A stretch of DNA of 64,000 nt, from positions 2,656,001 through 2,720,000 of the forward strand of contig OZ220733.1 of assembly GCA_965116875.1 (NCBI GenBank), read 5' to 3'. Shown here one piece after another: positions 1-9,462 of the stretch. The notes under the pieces are model-generated. The model was not told the DNA's origin and made no database searches. It saw only the letters and a program-made list of their open reading frames with translations. The stretch's first letter is position 1, and each line of letters starts with the position of its first letter. Position numbers and translations under genes: made by a program. Source of the DNA: Candidatus Latescibacterota bacterium (GTDB taxonomy: Bacteria; Latescibacterota; UBA2968; GCA-2709665).

Positions 1-99
1 GCCTCCGATATCCGCAACAAAACCCACACCGCATGCATCGTGCTCGAATTCGGGCCGGTACAGCCCGGTTTTGGTAGTTGCCTGCATTACTGCTTTCAT
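1..99 (-). CDS. gltB: Glutamate synthase large subunit, N-terminal fragment (continues beyond the window start)
   Basis: Manual translation from ATG at 99 gives MKAVMQATTKTGLYRPEFEHDACGVGFVADIGG, the GLY..EHDACGVGF propeptide/Cys1 signature of GltB. Confidence 0.9.
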   Translation of the reverse strand, partial: MKAVMQATTKTGLYRPEFEHDACGVGFVADIGG

Positions 100-156
100 C
101 CTTCCGTGTGAAATGTCATTTTAGGTCAAACCCTGGGGGAAAAGTCTCCTGAAGGC

Positions 157-370
157 CGGTAGACGGTAGAGGGAAGACGGTAGAAGAAATGCGGGTAGAC
201 GGTAGAGGTGAGACGGGAGAAGAAGCCCTTGCCGGTCTATTCTTCCGACTTGCCTGCGGCATAAGAAGAATCCCGTTTCGACATCCGATCTCTCCCCTCT
301 CCCGTCTTCCTTCTCACCAGGTGGTGGGGCGGGTCGTGTTCCACTACCCTCTCCCGTCTTCCGTCTCCCC
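157..370. repeat. Dispersed ~210 bp intergenic element, copy A
   Basis: AGACGG-type short repeats on the left, CCGTCT-type on the right; homologous to the reverse complement of 7650-7854, including the identical 18-mer ACCAGGTGGTGGGGCGGG (316-333). Confidence 0.8.
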
Positions 371-392
371 GCCTTTGGAGTTTTCCAAATTC

Positions 393-424
393 AAAATGCC
401 AGGATCGGCCGATCCTGGCATTTT
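393..424 (-). terminator. Perfect 32-bp palindrome, probable intrinsic terminator after the ferredoxin gene
   Basis: AAAATGCCAGGATCGG-CCGATCCTGGCATTTT, 40 bp downstream of the fdx stop. Confidence 0.65.
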
Positions 425-463
425 CTCCAAGTCGTTATGCACGAGCGAAGAGGTTGATACGCC

Positions 464-727
464 CTATTCGAAAGCCTTCGCGTTAATTTCGATATATTCC
501 TTCCATTCGTCAGGTGTATCGTCTTCCTCAAAAATCGCCTCAACCGGGCACTCGGGCTCGCAGGCGCCGCAATCGATGCACTCATCCGGGTGGATGTAGA
601 GCATCTGGCGTTGCTCGTCCTCGGGCAGATTGGTTGCATCGGGCTCGTAGATGCAGTCGACCGGGCAGACCTCCACACATGCCCTGTCCATGACGTCGAT
701 GCATGGCTCGGCGATAATGTACGTCAT
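464..727 (-). CDS. fdxA: 7Fe ([3Fe-4S]/[4Fe-4S]) ferredoxin, FdxA type
   Basis: MTYIIAEPCIDVMDRACVEVCPVDCIY...CIDCGACEPECP motifs. Confidence 0.9.
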   Translation of the reverse strand: MTYIIAEPCIDVMDRACVEVCPVDCIYEPDATNLPEDEQRQMLYIHPDECIDCGACEPECPVEAIFEEDDTPDEWKEYIEINAKAFE

Positions 728-922
728 TCTCTTCACCCCTTTCCTTGAGTCGGCCTACAGGTCGATCTTGTACCATGGAATGCAGGTTCGTGAGACCGAA
801 TCCGGTGAACAAAGACGGATATTGGTACCGCTCACGAAGTCCGCATCGCTACCCCGACGTCCCCGTACATCTCACTCGAAATATAGAACTTTCTTTCGGT
901 TTGTCAAGCGTCAAAAAGCCAG

Positions 923-1084
923 GAAGCCGTCTTACAATACCCAGCGGTCTTCGCGCGGCTGCAAAAGCACCGGTCGGGGTTGGTCAAATCCACCCGTATA
1001 GACAAATGTGGGCGGATTTTTCCGTCTTGACCGCCGCTTTTTCGCTCGCGCTCGGGAACTCACCGGTAATTTTAAAGCGGCTTC
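923..1084 (+). mobile_element. 162-bp MITE, copy 1
   Basis: Ends GAAGCCGTCTTACAAT...ATTTTAAAGCGGCTTC; highly similar to 27097-27258 (reverse) and 46498-46659. Confidence 0.88.
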
Positions 1085-1665
1085 TAACAATTCCCATTGA
1101 GACGCCGCAATAAATCAGCGACGCTTTCCTCGCTGCCTGAATCGACTTTCAGGGTGAAGCGATGTCTGGGGTCCGGATCGCGCTCGATGTTCATATCGGC
1201 GCCATGAAACAGCCTGTCGAGTATCCGGTCCAGCGCGGCCCGGAGCGCGGTATGGGTTTCTTCTGAATTCGGGGCGAGCAACCTGTCGTTCAAGGCAATG
1301 AGAACCTCATTCGTCCTGAATCTGGCGGCGCCGGCCAACAGGGAATCCCGTTCCAGCTTGCCGCAGGCCTTCAGCGCGGAAACGAATGCGGACTCCAACC
1401 GGTGGGCGAAGCTGCCCTCAGACGGCTGTTTGCGGTCGTACAGGAGACCGGCCTTCCCGTCCGTCCGGTCGATACTGTAGTTCGCCTCGTGTCCGACCAG
1501 CAGGGTCACCGGCCCGCGGTGCACGTGGCTGTAGTCCGCCACGTCGACGAGCACCTCGTCCGTGGTCTCGGGAATCCAGGTGTTGAAGACGCGGAACCAG
1601 GTTTCCGGCGCCACGTCCTCCCCGCGCTCGAGGTAGAATTTGATCTGAATTCGATACGCGTTCAT
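1084..1665 (-). CDS. Hypothetical protein (193 aa) directly downstream of the nitrite/sulfite reductase
   Basis: Starts 3 nt after the reductase stop; globular composition (DVADYSHVHRGPVTLLVGHEANY). Confidence 0.75.
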   Translation of the reverse strand: MNAYRIQIKFYLERGEDVAPETWFRVFNTWIPETTDEVLVDVADYSHVHRGPVTLLVGHEANYSIDRTDGKAGLLYDRKQPSEGSFAHRLESAFVSALKACGKLERDSLLAGAARFRTNEVLIALNDRLLAPNSEETHTALRAALDRILDRLFHGADMNIERDPDPRHRFTLKVDSGSEESVADLLRRLNGNC

Positions 1666-1668
1666 AGT

Positions 1669-3924
1669 TCAGGAGCTTACGACGTTCATCCGGCCGTAGC
1701 AGGCGTACGCGGCTTCGATGAAGAGCTGTGTCTCCTCGATGAACCGGTGCGCCAGGTCTTCGTTGTAGGACTCGACGTTTCGCCTCTGGGCGTGGAAGAG
1801 ATAATTGGCGAACTTGCCGCGGGTTACCGGATTGTCGTGCAACAGGCCCGAGTCGACGATTCGGGTGCGGAATTCCGACACGATCGTATCCGGATCTTCC
1901 GGAACGTCCAGGAACTGTGTCTTTACCAGGGCCTTGGCGGCGTGTACCATCGCGCTGTACGCCTGTTTGTAGGCCGTTTCGTACTGGCCGCTTTCCAGAA
2001 GCACCTGGGCCTCGAAGGCCTCCCGCTCGCAACCGGACAGTTCGAACTGAACCAGCGGCACCACCTCGCCCGCGCACTCGCCCTTCCCCATGTCTCCGGT
2101 GGTGAATACCCGGCTGTCTCCCCAATCCATATAATAGGAGGAGTCGATCTCATAGGGCGGCACCTCGGTCAGGTCGTCCAGCATCCGTTTCACCTGCACC
2201 TTTCCGATACGCCGGATATACTCCTGAAAGCTCTCGTCCCCGGATCGACCCTGAATGTAGCTTTCGCTGATTCGCACGACGACGTCGGGGATCCGCCTGG
2301 ACGGGACTGCTCCCATCGCCAGTCCGAAGGACGCGGCGTTGCCGGTCCACTGGCCGCCGAGTACCACCTGAAAATGCGGCACCGTGTAACCGCCCACCTT
2401 GCGGCTGATTCCATAGAATCCCAGGTCCGCGACGTGGTGCTGCCCGCAGGAGTTGAAGCAGCCGCTGATCTTGATACGGAGGCCTTCCACGGAGGCGTCC
2501 ATTTCCAGGCCCTTTTCGGACAGGCGCGCGCGCATTTCGGCGGCCAGCCCGCGGGACGACGCAATGCCCAGCTTGCAGGTATCCGTTCCGGGGCATGCCG
2601 TCACGTCCACGATCGTCCCCGCGCCGGGTTCATTCAATCCGATCTGAGCCAGCGCGTTGTAGAGTTCGGGGAGGTCCGCCTCGCTCACCCAGCGCAGCAC
2701 GATGTTCTGTTCCACCGTGGCACGGATCGTATCGTTCACGAAGCGTCTTGAAATATCCGCGAGGGACCGGGTCTGATTGGACGTGAGGTCGCCGAGCGGC
2801 AGCGTCACCGTAACCACCGCGTAGCCGTCCTGGCGCTGGCGGTATACGTTGGTACGCGCCCACTCCTCGAAGCCGTCCGCGGCCGCGGCGCCGTTCAGCG
2901 GTTGTGCGATCTTCAGCGGTTTTTCATCATAGGCATGGAGGTCCGAAAGGAACGCCGTCCACTCGGGGTCGTCGGGCATCACCTTCCGTTCCTCGTCCAC
3001 CAGGCGCTTGAACTCCTCGAGGCCCAATCTGGCGATCAGGAACTTCAGCCGCGCGCGCGCCCGGTTCCGCTTCTCGCCGAGGCGGGCGAATACGCGGGAG
3101 ATCGCCTGGGACACCGGCAGGAGCTCCTCTTCCGGCAGGAATTCCTCGAACAACTTTGCCTGGTGCGGCACGGCGCCCAACCCGCCGCCAACGTAGAACA
3201 TGAACCCGCGTTTCTCCCTGCCGTCCACGGTCCTCGTAACCGCGATTGCGCCGATGTCGTGCATATTGACAAGCCCGCAGGCCTCGTGTTCGCATCCGGA
3301 GAAGGCGATCTTGAACTTCCGGCCGAAGTCCTGCGCGTCCTGGTGACCCAGCAGGAATCTTGAGCATGCCCGGGCATAGGGCGTTACGTCGAACGTCTCC
3401 GACCTGCACACCCCCGAGAGAGGACATGCCGTCACGTTTCGCACCGTATTGCCGCAGGCTTCGCGGGTTGTGATGCCCACCGACGCCAGGCGGTACATCA
3501 TGTCCGGCGTATCGTCGATATGCACGTAATGCAACTGAACGTCCTGGCGCGTCGTAATGTGCAGGATCGCATCGGAATACTCCTCCGCAACGTCAGCCAG
3601 CGTATCCAGCTGGTCCGCGGTCAGGCCCCCGAACGGAATCTTGATACGCTGCATCCCCGGCGCGTCCCACACCGTGTCGGGCCCCTTCACCAGGTCTCCG
3701 CTCGGGAAATCCAGATGCTGCGTATTGCTGCCGTCGAACCGTTTGCCGTTGTCGTAACGCTGCCCGTATACCCCCCGGCGCAGGCGGGTTTCGGCGAAAA
3801 CGGTATCTTCGATTTTTCCCTGTTTCCGCAGCTCGATCTGGGTGGAGAATATATCGACTTCCCGGCCCAGTTCATCGGGGATCTGATCCGCAAGAGCTTC
3901 TTTCCAGGTTGTTGATTCAGACAT
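1669..3924 (-). CDS. Ferredoxin-dependent nitrite/sulfite reductase hemoprotein with C-terminal HEPN-like extension
   Basis: RLRRGVYGQR, HITTRQDVQLH, ACGNTVRN, RKFKIAFSGC, ACPGTDTCKLG and ISGCFNSCGQH siroheme/[4Fe-4S] motifs; helical tail AYSAMVHAAKAL. Confidence 0.9.
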   Translation of the reverse strand: MSESTTWKEALADQIPDELGREVDIFSTQIELRKQGKIEDTVFAETRLRRGVYGQRYDNGKRFDGSNTQHLDFPSGDLVKGPDTVWDAPGMQRIKIPFGGLTADQLDTLADVAEEYSDAILHITTRQDVQLHYVHIDDTPDMMYRLASVGITTREACGNTVRNVTACPLSGVCRSETFDVTPYARACSRFLLGHQDAQDFGRKFKIAFSGCEHEACGLVNMHDIGAIAVTRTVDGREKRGFMFYVGGGLGAVPHQAKLFEEFLPEEELLPVSQAISRVFARLGEKRNRARARLKFLIARLGLEEFKRLVDEERKVMPDDPEWTAFLSDLHAYDEKPLKIAQPLNGAAAADGFEEWARTNVYRQRQDGYAVVTVTLPLGDLTSNQTRSLADISRRFVNDTIRATVEQNIVLRWVSEADLPELYNALAQIGLNEPGAGTIVDVTACPGTDTCKLGIASSRGLAAEMRARLSEKGLEMDASVEGLRIKISGCFNSCGQHHVADLGFYGISRKVGGYTVPHFQVVLGGQWTGNAASFGLAMGAVPSRRIPDVVVRISESYIQGRSGDESFQEYIRRIGKVQVKRMLDDLTEVPPYEIDSSYYMDWGDSRVFTTGDMGKGECAGEVVPLVQFELSGCEREAFEAQVLLESGQYETAYKQAYSAMVHAAKALVKTQFLDVPEDPDTIVSEFRTRIVDSGLLHDNPVTRGKFANYLFHAQRRNVESYNEDLAHRFIEETQLFIEAAYACYGRMNVVSS

Positions 3925-3977
3925 GGCAGCGTCTCCCGGTTCCCATTTCCAAACGCGACGGCGTCGATCAGGCCGGT

Positions 3978-4006
3978 AATCTATTGAACTCATCCGGTGA
4001 AGTCAA
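3978..4006 (-). promoter_or_regulatory. Sigma70-like promoter of the reductase operon with an overlapping imperfect palindrome
   Basis: Minus strand TTGACT-17 nt-TAGATT; TTGAACTCA-TCCGG-TGAAGTCAA spans the spacer and -35 box. Confidence 0.6.
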
Positions 4007-4151
4007 CGAATTTATCCGGAAACAGGTTTCTCCGGGTTCCGAACGTCAGGGTACACGCGTTCCCCCGGATGAAACCCGGTACAATCTGCAAATATGTAAA
4101 AAAAACACGCCACCTTTCGAGAAAACCGGATTTTCGCAATCAGGCTTCGGT

Positions 4152-4205
4152 TCAGGTCAGATCCATGAAAGGGTTGTATGCGATCTCCCAAAGGTATCCG
4201 TCCGG
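4152..4205 (-). pseudogene. C-terminal remnant of a VOC/glyoxalase-family gene
   Basis: PDGYLWEIAYNPFMDLT* matches the typical VOC C-terminus (DPDGxxWEIAxNP); the upstream frame is unrelated AT-rich sequence. Confidence 0.6.
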
Positions 4206-4400
4206 ACCGGTTCTGTGACGTGAATACAATTGTTGAGTATTATGATCAAGATACTCATAAATATGATGCGTTAAAGATAGGATGCCAGGTGCCTGTGTCA
4301 ACAAAAAAGAGAGACTATCGTGTCTCCCTGCCGAATGAATCACCGCACTCCCGGTTGCAGTTTGCAGACGCGGCGCGTGAATCGTGCTTTCAAACGATGT

Positions 4401-5435
4401 TCAACCCCCGATCTGGTACATTTCCACCTTGGAAAAGGACGGCATTTCCGCGGTCTCGGCCGTCCTCAATTCGGAATAACGATCCTCCCGGCCCTCCCAG
4501 ATTTCCGAGATCGTCGCCAGAAGATCTTCATCCGTGGCCCCGTCGCGGAGGGGACCCCTGAGATCCACGCCGGTACCTGCAAACAGGCAGGTAAACACCT
4601 TGCCGTCCGTGGAAAGCCTCGCCCGCGTGCAGTCGCCGCAGAACGGTTGGGTAACGGAGGCGATGACGCCAATCTCCCCGCTCCCGTCGAGATATCGATA
4701 CCGCCGCGCGACCTCGCCCGGATAGTTCGGGGCCACTGCGGTCACCGGCATTTCCTCATGGATTCGTTTCACAATCTCGGCGGCGGGGACCACCTGATCC
4801 AGGCGCCAGCCGTTGCGGTTGCCCACGTCCATATACTCGATAAAGCGAACGATATGCCCCGTTCCGTGAAAATGCCTGGCAAGATCCACGACGGTATGGT
4901 CGTTCACCCCGCGCTGAACCACAGCGTTGATCTTCAGTGGAGCAAATCCCGCCGCTTCCGCCGAACGGATCCCCTCCAGCACCTGAGAGACCGGGTACCC
5001 TCGTCCGTTCAACCGTTCGAATACGTCCTCGTCCAGGGAATCCAGACTGACGGTTATCCTGTGCAGCCCGGCGCCCTTGAGTTTCCCGGCCATCCGCGGA
5101 AGCAGATACCCGTTGGTGGTAAGCGTGAGGTCTTCCACGCCGTCGATCGCCGTCAGGCGCCTGACCAGCGCCGGCAGTTCCCGCCTCAGCAGGGGCTCAC
5201 CGCCGGTGATCCGGACTTTGCGCACGCCCAGACCCACGAAAAGACGCGTGAGCCGTTGGATTTCCTCGAACGTCAATATTTCGGCCCTGGGCAGGAACGA
5301 ATAGTTCTCCCCGAAGACTTCGGCCGGCATACAGTACGGACACCGGAAATTGCATCGGTCCGTAACTGAAATCCGAAGATCCCTGAGCGGTCTGCCGAAT
5401 CTGTCTGTCGCCGCGTCCACCATGGGAACAGCCAC
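4401..5435 (-). CDS. moaA: GTP 3',8-cyclase (molybdenum cofactor biosynthesis)
   Basis: [37 protein letters not shown]-terminal IGG. Start may be the ATG at 5423. Confidence 0.96.
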   Translation of the reverse strand: MAVPMVDAATDRFGRPLRDLRISVTDRCNFRCPYCMPAEVFGENYSFLPRAEILTFEEIQRLTRLFVGLGVRKVRITGGEPLLRRELPALVRRLTAIDGVEDLTLTTNGYLLPRMAGKLKGAGLHRITVSLDSLDEDVFERLNGRGYPVSQVLEGIRSAEAAGFAPLKINAVVQRGVNDHTVVDLARHFHGTGHIVRFIEYMDVGNRNGWRLDQVVPAAEIVKRIHEEMPVTAVAPNYPGEVARRYRYLDGSGEIGVIASVTQPFCGDCTRARLSTDGKVFTCLFAGTGVDLRGPLRDGATDEDLLATISEIWEGREDRYSELRTAETAEMPSFSKVEMYQIGG

Positions 5436-5658
5436 TTCCTCATTTTCGCGTTTAACCTTGATTCCTCATTTTTCGAGGACGTTAATTCGAATATGTGTCA
5501 GTTAAAAAGGCGATTAAACTGCTGATTACCAGGATACACCAGGACACTGTACGTGAACGGAAAAAATGTCCTTCATGACGACCATTTCGGCCCGTTTCGA
5601 AAGGTTTCGTCGCGGTGCCGCGTTGCGGCTTTTGCGGAATTGAAGTTAATTCAACTAC

Positions 5659-6240
5659 TCAGTACGATTCCACTCGTGTAACCGCCGTTTCGAACTGTTT
5701 CTTATCGACAATCGCCCCTCGCAGTTGCGCCTCGTACAGGAATGCGCCGTTCAGGTTGGCGCCGCGCAGATCCGTTCCCCTGAAGTCCGTCGCGCCCACA
5801 ACCGCCGCTTCGAGGTTGGCGTTCCTGAAACTCGTCGGCAGCCCCGAAGGATTCGGAAACGATGCCTGTACCACGCCCAGGCTCGCGCGTTTCAGACTGG
5901 CGCCCGTGAAGTTCGCACCGCCCAGTACCGCGCCCGACAGAAACGCATCGTCCATCACCGCGCCCGAAAGGTTTGCGCCCAGCAGGTCCGCCGCGACCAG
6001 ATATACCCGGTTCATCTTCGCGTCTCCGAGGTCGGCGCCCTTCATGCTCGCGTTGTGAAACCTGGTTTCCACAAGGGTTGCGTTGCTGAACGTTGCGTTG
6101 TCCAGCCGCGCGCCTGAGAAATCCACGCCGGAAAGGTCTTCTCCTTCGAAGTCAATCCCCGTGAGATCCTCTCCGGCCAGATTGCCGGACGTTTTCGCCC
6201 TGGCGATCAGCGCTTCCTTATCGACGAACGCGGCACTCAT
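5659..6240 (-). CDS. Pentapeptide repeat protein
   Basis: A(D/N)LxG repeats (ADLLGANLSGA, TDLRGANLNGA); real start MSAAFVDK at 6240, not the longer ORF start. Confidence 0.88.
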   Translation of the reverse strand: MSAAFVDKEALIARAKTSGNLAGEDLTGIDFEGEDLSGVDFSGARLDNATFSNATLVETRFHNASMKGADLGDAKMNRVYLVAADLLGANLSGAVMDDAFLSGAVLGGANFTGASLKRASLGVVQASFPNPSGLPTSFRNANLEAAVVGATDFRGTDLRGANLNGAFLYEAQLRGAIVDKKQFETAVTRVESY

Positions 6241-6347
6241 CCGGTATCCCTTTTCGAAATCGGCTTCATTTGGTGGAAATATAACAAACTTGCCATGGCG
6301 GTCAACCTGTATCCCCCGAGTACAAGACCCGCGCCATCGATTCCCGG

Positions 6348-7628
6348 TCAATCCACCACAATCGTTTCCTTGCGGTCCGGTCCCACGGACACCATGGCAA
6401 TCGGCGTGCGGCTCAACTCCTGGATTCTGTCCAGGTACCGCCTGGCGTTTTCCGGCAGATCCTCCCACTGCCTGACGTGGCTCGTGGGCGATTGCCAACC
6501 CGGCACCGTTTCGTACACGGGTTCGCAATCGGCCAGCACCTTCACGTCGCTCGGGAAGTGCTCCAGCCGCTTCCCGCGGCAGGTATAGTGCGTGCAGATC
6601 CGGATCTCGTCCAGGGGATCGAGTATGTCCAGACGGGTCACGGCGATTCCGGACAGGCCGTTCACCCGGGCGGCGAACCTGAGGATCACGGCGTCCAGCC
6701 AGCCGCATCGCCGCGGCCGGCCCGTGGTCGCCCCGTACTCGTGTCCGATTTCCCGGATCCGGTCTCCGATGGCCCCTGTCAGTTCGGTGGGAAACGGTCC
6801 GTTGCCCACGCGTGTGGTATACGCTTTGACCACGCCGACGACCTCGGAAACCCGGGTGGGTCCGATTCCCGCGCCGGTACAAGCGCCGCCTGCCGTCGTA
6901 TTCGAAGACGTCACAAACGGATAGGTCCCGTGATCGATATCCAGCAATGTGCCCTGGGAGCCCTCGAACAGGACGTCCTTGCCCGCGTCGATCATCTCGT
7001 TCAGGTACACGGAGGTATCGGTGACGTACGGCGCCAGCCGTTCGCTGAACGCCATATAGGCCTCGATGATCGGCGTGGCATCCAGCCCTTCCCGGCCGTA
7101 CACGTTTTCGAGGATCTCGTTTTTCTGACGCACGTTCTCCCGCACCCTGGCAGGCAGCGCGTCCACGTCGTACAGGTCTCCCACGCGAATGCCGGAAGAG
7201 CGGTTGACCTTGTCCTGGTAGCACGGTCCGATGCCCCGGAGCGTGGTCCCGATCGCGTCCGCCCCGTCCCTTTCCTCGCTGGCCTGTTCAACGCGTTTGT
7301 GATACGGCATGACCAGATGGGTATTCGGACTGACAAACAACCGGTTCTCAATGGAAATGCCCTTCGACTCCAGTTCCTCCACCTCGAGGAACAGCGCCTC
7401 CGGATCCATCACCACACCGTTGCCGATCACGCAGGTTTTGTCGGGATGCACGATCCCCGCGGGAATGAGATGAAATACGAACTCCAGATCGCCCGCCTTG
7501 ATGGTGTGCCCGGCGTTGGCGCCACCCTGGAAACGCACCACGACGTCCGAGTCCGCCGTCATATAGTCCACCACCTTGGCCTTGCCTTCATCTCCCCACT
7601 GGGCCCCGAGCACAATGCGCACGGACAT
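6348..7628 (-). CDS. purA: Adenylosuccinate synthetase
   Basis: GAQWGDEGK, RFQGGANAGHT, TTGRPRRCGWLD. Confidence 0.97.
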   Translation of the reverse strand: MSVRIVLGAQWGDEGKAKVVDYMTADSDVVVRFQGGANAGHTIKAGDLEFVFHLIPAGIVHPDKTCVIGNGVVMDPEALFLEVEELESKGISIENRLFVSPNTHLVMPYHKRVEQASEERDGADAIGTTLRGIGPCYQDKVNRSSGIRVGDLYDVDALPARVRENVRQKNEILENVYGREGLDATPIIEAYMAFSERLAPYVTDTSVYLNEMIDAGKDVLFEGSQGTLLDIDHGTYPFVTSSNTTAGGACTGAGIGPTRVSEVVGVVKAYTTRVGNGPFPTELTGAIGDRIREIGHEYGATTGRPRRCGWLDAVILRFAARVNGLSGIAVTRLDILDPLDEIRICTHYTCRGKRLEHFPSDVKVLADCEPVYETVPGWQSPTSHVRQWEDLPENARRYLDRIQELSRTPIAMVSVGPDRKETIVVD

Positions 7629-7649
7629 ACGTTTATCTCCCAAAAATTC

Positions 7650-7854
7650 GGAGAGACGTTAGACGGGAGAGGGGAGAGAACTACACCCCGCCCCACCACC
7701 TGGTAGAGGGGAGCCGGGAAACGGGAGAGATTACCTGCCTTGTGACGATTCTTTTCGTGCCAAAGGCAAGGAGGAACATCTCGTCTGGCAAGGATTTCAT
7801 CTATCGTCTTCCGTCTTGCGTCTACCCGATTATTACGCCTCTACCGTCTACCCG
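7650..7854. repeat. Dispersed ~210 bp intergenic element, copy B (inverted relative to 157-370)
   Basis: CCCGCCCCACCACCTGGT at 7687-7704 is the reverse complement of 316-333; shared CTTGCC, AAGAATC and AGACGG blocks. Confidence 0.8.
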
Positions 7855-7857
7855 ATT

Positions 7858-9444
7858 CTAAAATTTCGCCTGTCTGACCCACAGGAATTCCGGCGCTTCG
7901 GCGATGCGCTGCAACACGTCGTCCGGCGCGGGCGAATCCAGGCTGATCATCATGATGGCCTGCCCGCCCCGGCTGTCCCGCCCCAGCGCCATATCGGCGA
8001 TATTGAGTTCCTCTTCGGCCAGGAGCGTCCCGATCCAGCCGACCACGCCCGGAACGTCGCGGTTGCAGCAGATCAGCACGTCGCCTTCCAGTCTGGCCTT
8101 CACTTCGAACCGGTCGATACGCACGACACGCGCGTCGCTGCTGCCGAAAACCGTGGCGGATATCGAAGTCCTTCCCACCGTCGTTTCGTAATCCACCGTC
8201 ATCAGATTCGAATAGTCCTTGTGGGCGCTGCTCCGCGTTTCGTCGATCTTGACCCCTCGTTTCTGTGCGAAAAGCGGGGCGTTCACGTACGTCACGAGTT
8301 CATCCGTCAGATTTGTAATGGCCCCTTTCAAGACCGCCGCCGTCATCGGCGAGGTTGCGAATTTCAGGATGTCTCCGTGGTACTCGATGGCGATTCGCCG
8401 CAGGCTGCCCCGGCTCAACCGGGCCTGCAACGCACCCACCTTCTCGGCCAGCAGAAGGTACGGCCGGACGTCCTCGTAGAGCGACGGATCCACCGAAGGC
8501 ATATTGACCGCCCGGTGGGCCGGCCTGTCCTTCAGGACCTCCCAGACGTCCTGTGCGATCTGGCGCGCCACGCGGTCCTGCGCCTCCGTGGTTGAAGCGG
8601 CCAGATGCGGCGTGCAGATCACCTCGCGGCGCCGGAGAAGCGGGTGATCCTTCGACGGGGGTTCCTCCTCGTACACGTCGAGCGCGGCGCCGGCCACCCT
8701 CCCTTCCTCGATTGCGTGCAGAAGCGCCGTCTCGTCGACCAGCCCGCCCCGCGCACAGTTGAGAATACGCACGCCGGATTTGCATTCCTCCAGGGACGCC
8801 GCTGAAATCAGGTGGCGCGTGGCCTCCATCAGCGGCGTATGAAGCGTGATATAATCCGACGTCGCGTAGATTTCTTCCAGGGACGTCAGCTTCACCTGGT
8901 ATCTGGCGGCCATCTCTTCGGAAAGGAACGGATCGTGACCCAGTACCGTCATCCCCAGAGCCCGCGCCAGGCGGGCGACGTGCTGTCCCACCCGTCCCAC
9001 GCCGACAATACCCAGCGACTTTCCGTTCAACTCCACGCCCGTATAGGACTTTCTTTCCCACGCGCCGCGTTTCAGAGAGGCGGTTGCCTGCGGAATGTTG
9101 CGGCTGAGCGCAAGCAGCATCCCAACGGTATGCTCGGCCGTGGCAATGGTGTTCCCGCCGGGCGAATGTACCACCACCACGCCCCGCTCCGTGGCGGCGC
9201 CAATGTCTATATTGTCCACGCCGACTCCGGCGCGTCCGATCACGCGGAGCCGGTGCGCCGCTGCCAGTATCTCACGGGTCACATGCGTTTCGCTTCGAAT
9301 GATCATCCCGTCGTAGGCGCCGATTTCACGGGTCAGCGCCTCGGGCGAGAGGCCGGTCCGGACGTCCACCCGGACATCCGGCGCCTCCGCGAACACGCTC
9401 TGCCAGCCGCGGGACAACGTATCTGCGATTAAAACCCGCTTCAT
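7858..9444 (-). CDS. serA: D-3-phosphoglycerate dehydrogenase (type I, with ASB and ACT domains)
   Basis: IGRAGVGVDNID, GVGRVG, NCARGGLVDE, TPHLAAST, C-terminal ACT domain (DVPGVVG). Confidence 0.95.
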   Translation of the reverse strand: MKRVLIADTLSRGWQSVFAEAPDVRVDVRTGLSPEALTREIGAYDGMIIRSETHVTREILAAAHRLRVIGRAGVGVDNIDIGAATERGVVVVHSPGGNTIATAEHTVGMLLALSRNIPQATASLKRGAWERKSYTGVELNGKSLGIVGVGRVGQHVARLARALGMTVLGHDPFLSEEMAARYQVKLTSLEEIYATSDYITLHTPLMEATRHLISAASLEECKSGVRILNCARGGLVDETALLHAIEEGRVAGAALDVYEEEPPSKDHPLLRRREVICTPHLAASTTEAQDRVARQIAQDVWEVLKDRPAHRAVNMPSVDPSLYEDVRPYLLLAEKVGALQARLSRGSLRRIAIEYHGDILKFATSPMTAAVLKGAITNLTDELVTYVNAPLFAQKRGVKIDETRSSAHKDYSNLMTVDYETTVGRTSISATVFGSSDARVVRIDRFEVKARLEGDVLICCNRDVPGVVGWIGTLLAEEELNIADMALGRDSRGGQAIMMISLDSPAPDDVLQRIAEAPEFLWVRQAKF

Positions 9445-9462
9445 AGGTATCAAAGAAAGCTG

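Noticed and set aside
5436-5658. Moco riboswitch upstream of moaA
   Set aside because: No recognisable consensus; only a short AAAATGAGGAA direct repeat.
6241-7224. Apparent 330-aa N-terminal extension of the pentapeptide repeat protein
   Set aside because: Arg/Gly-rich off-frame read of purA; the real start is at 6240.
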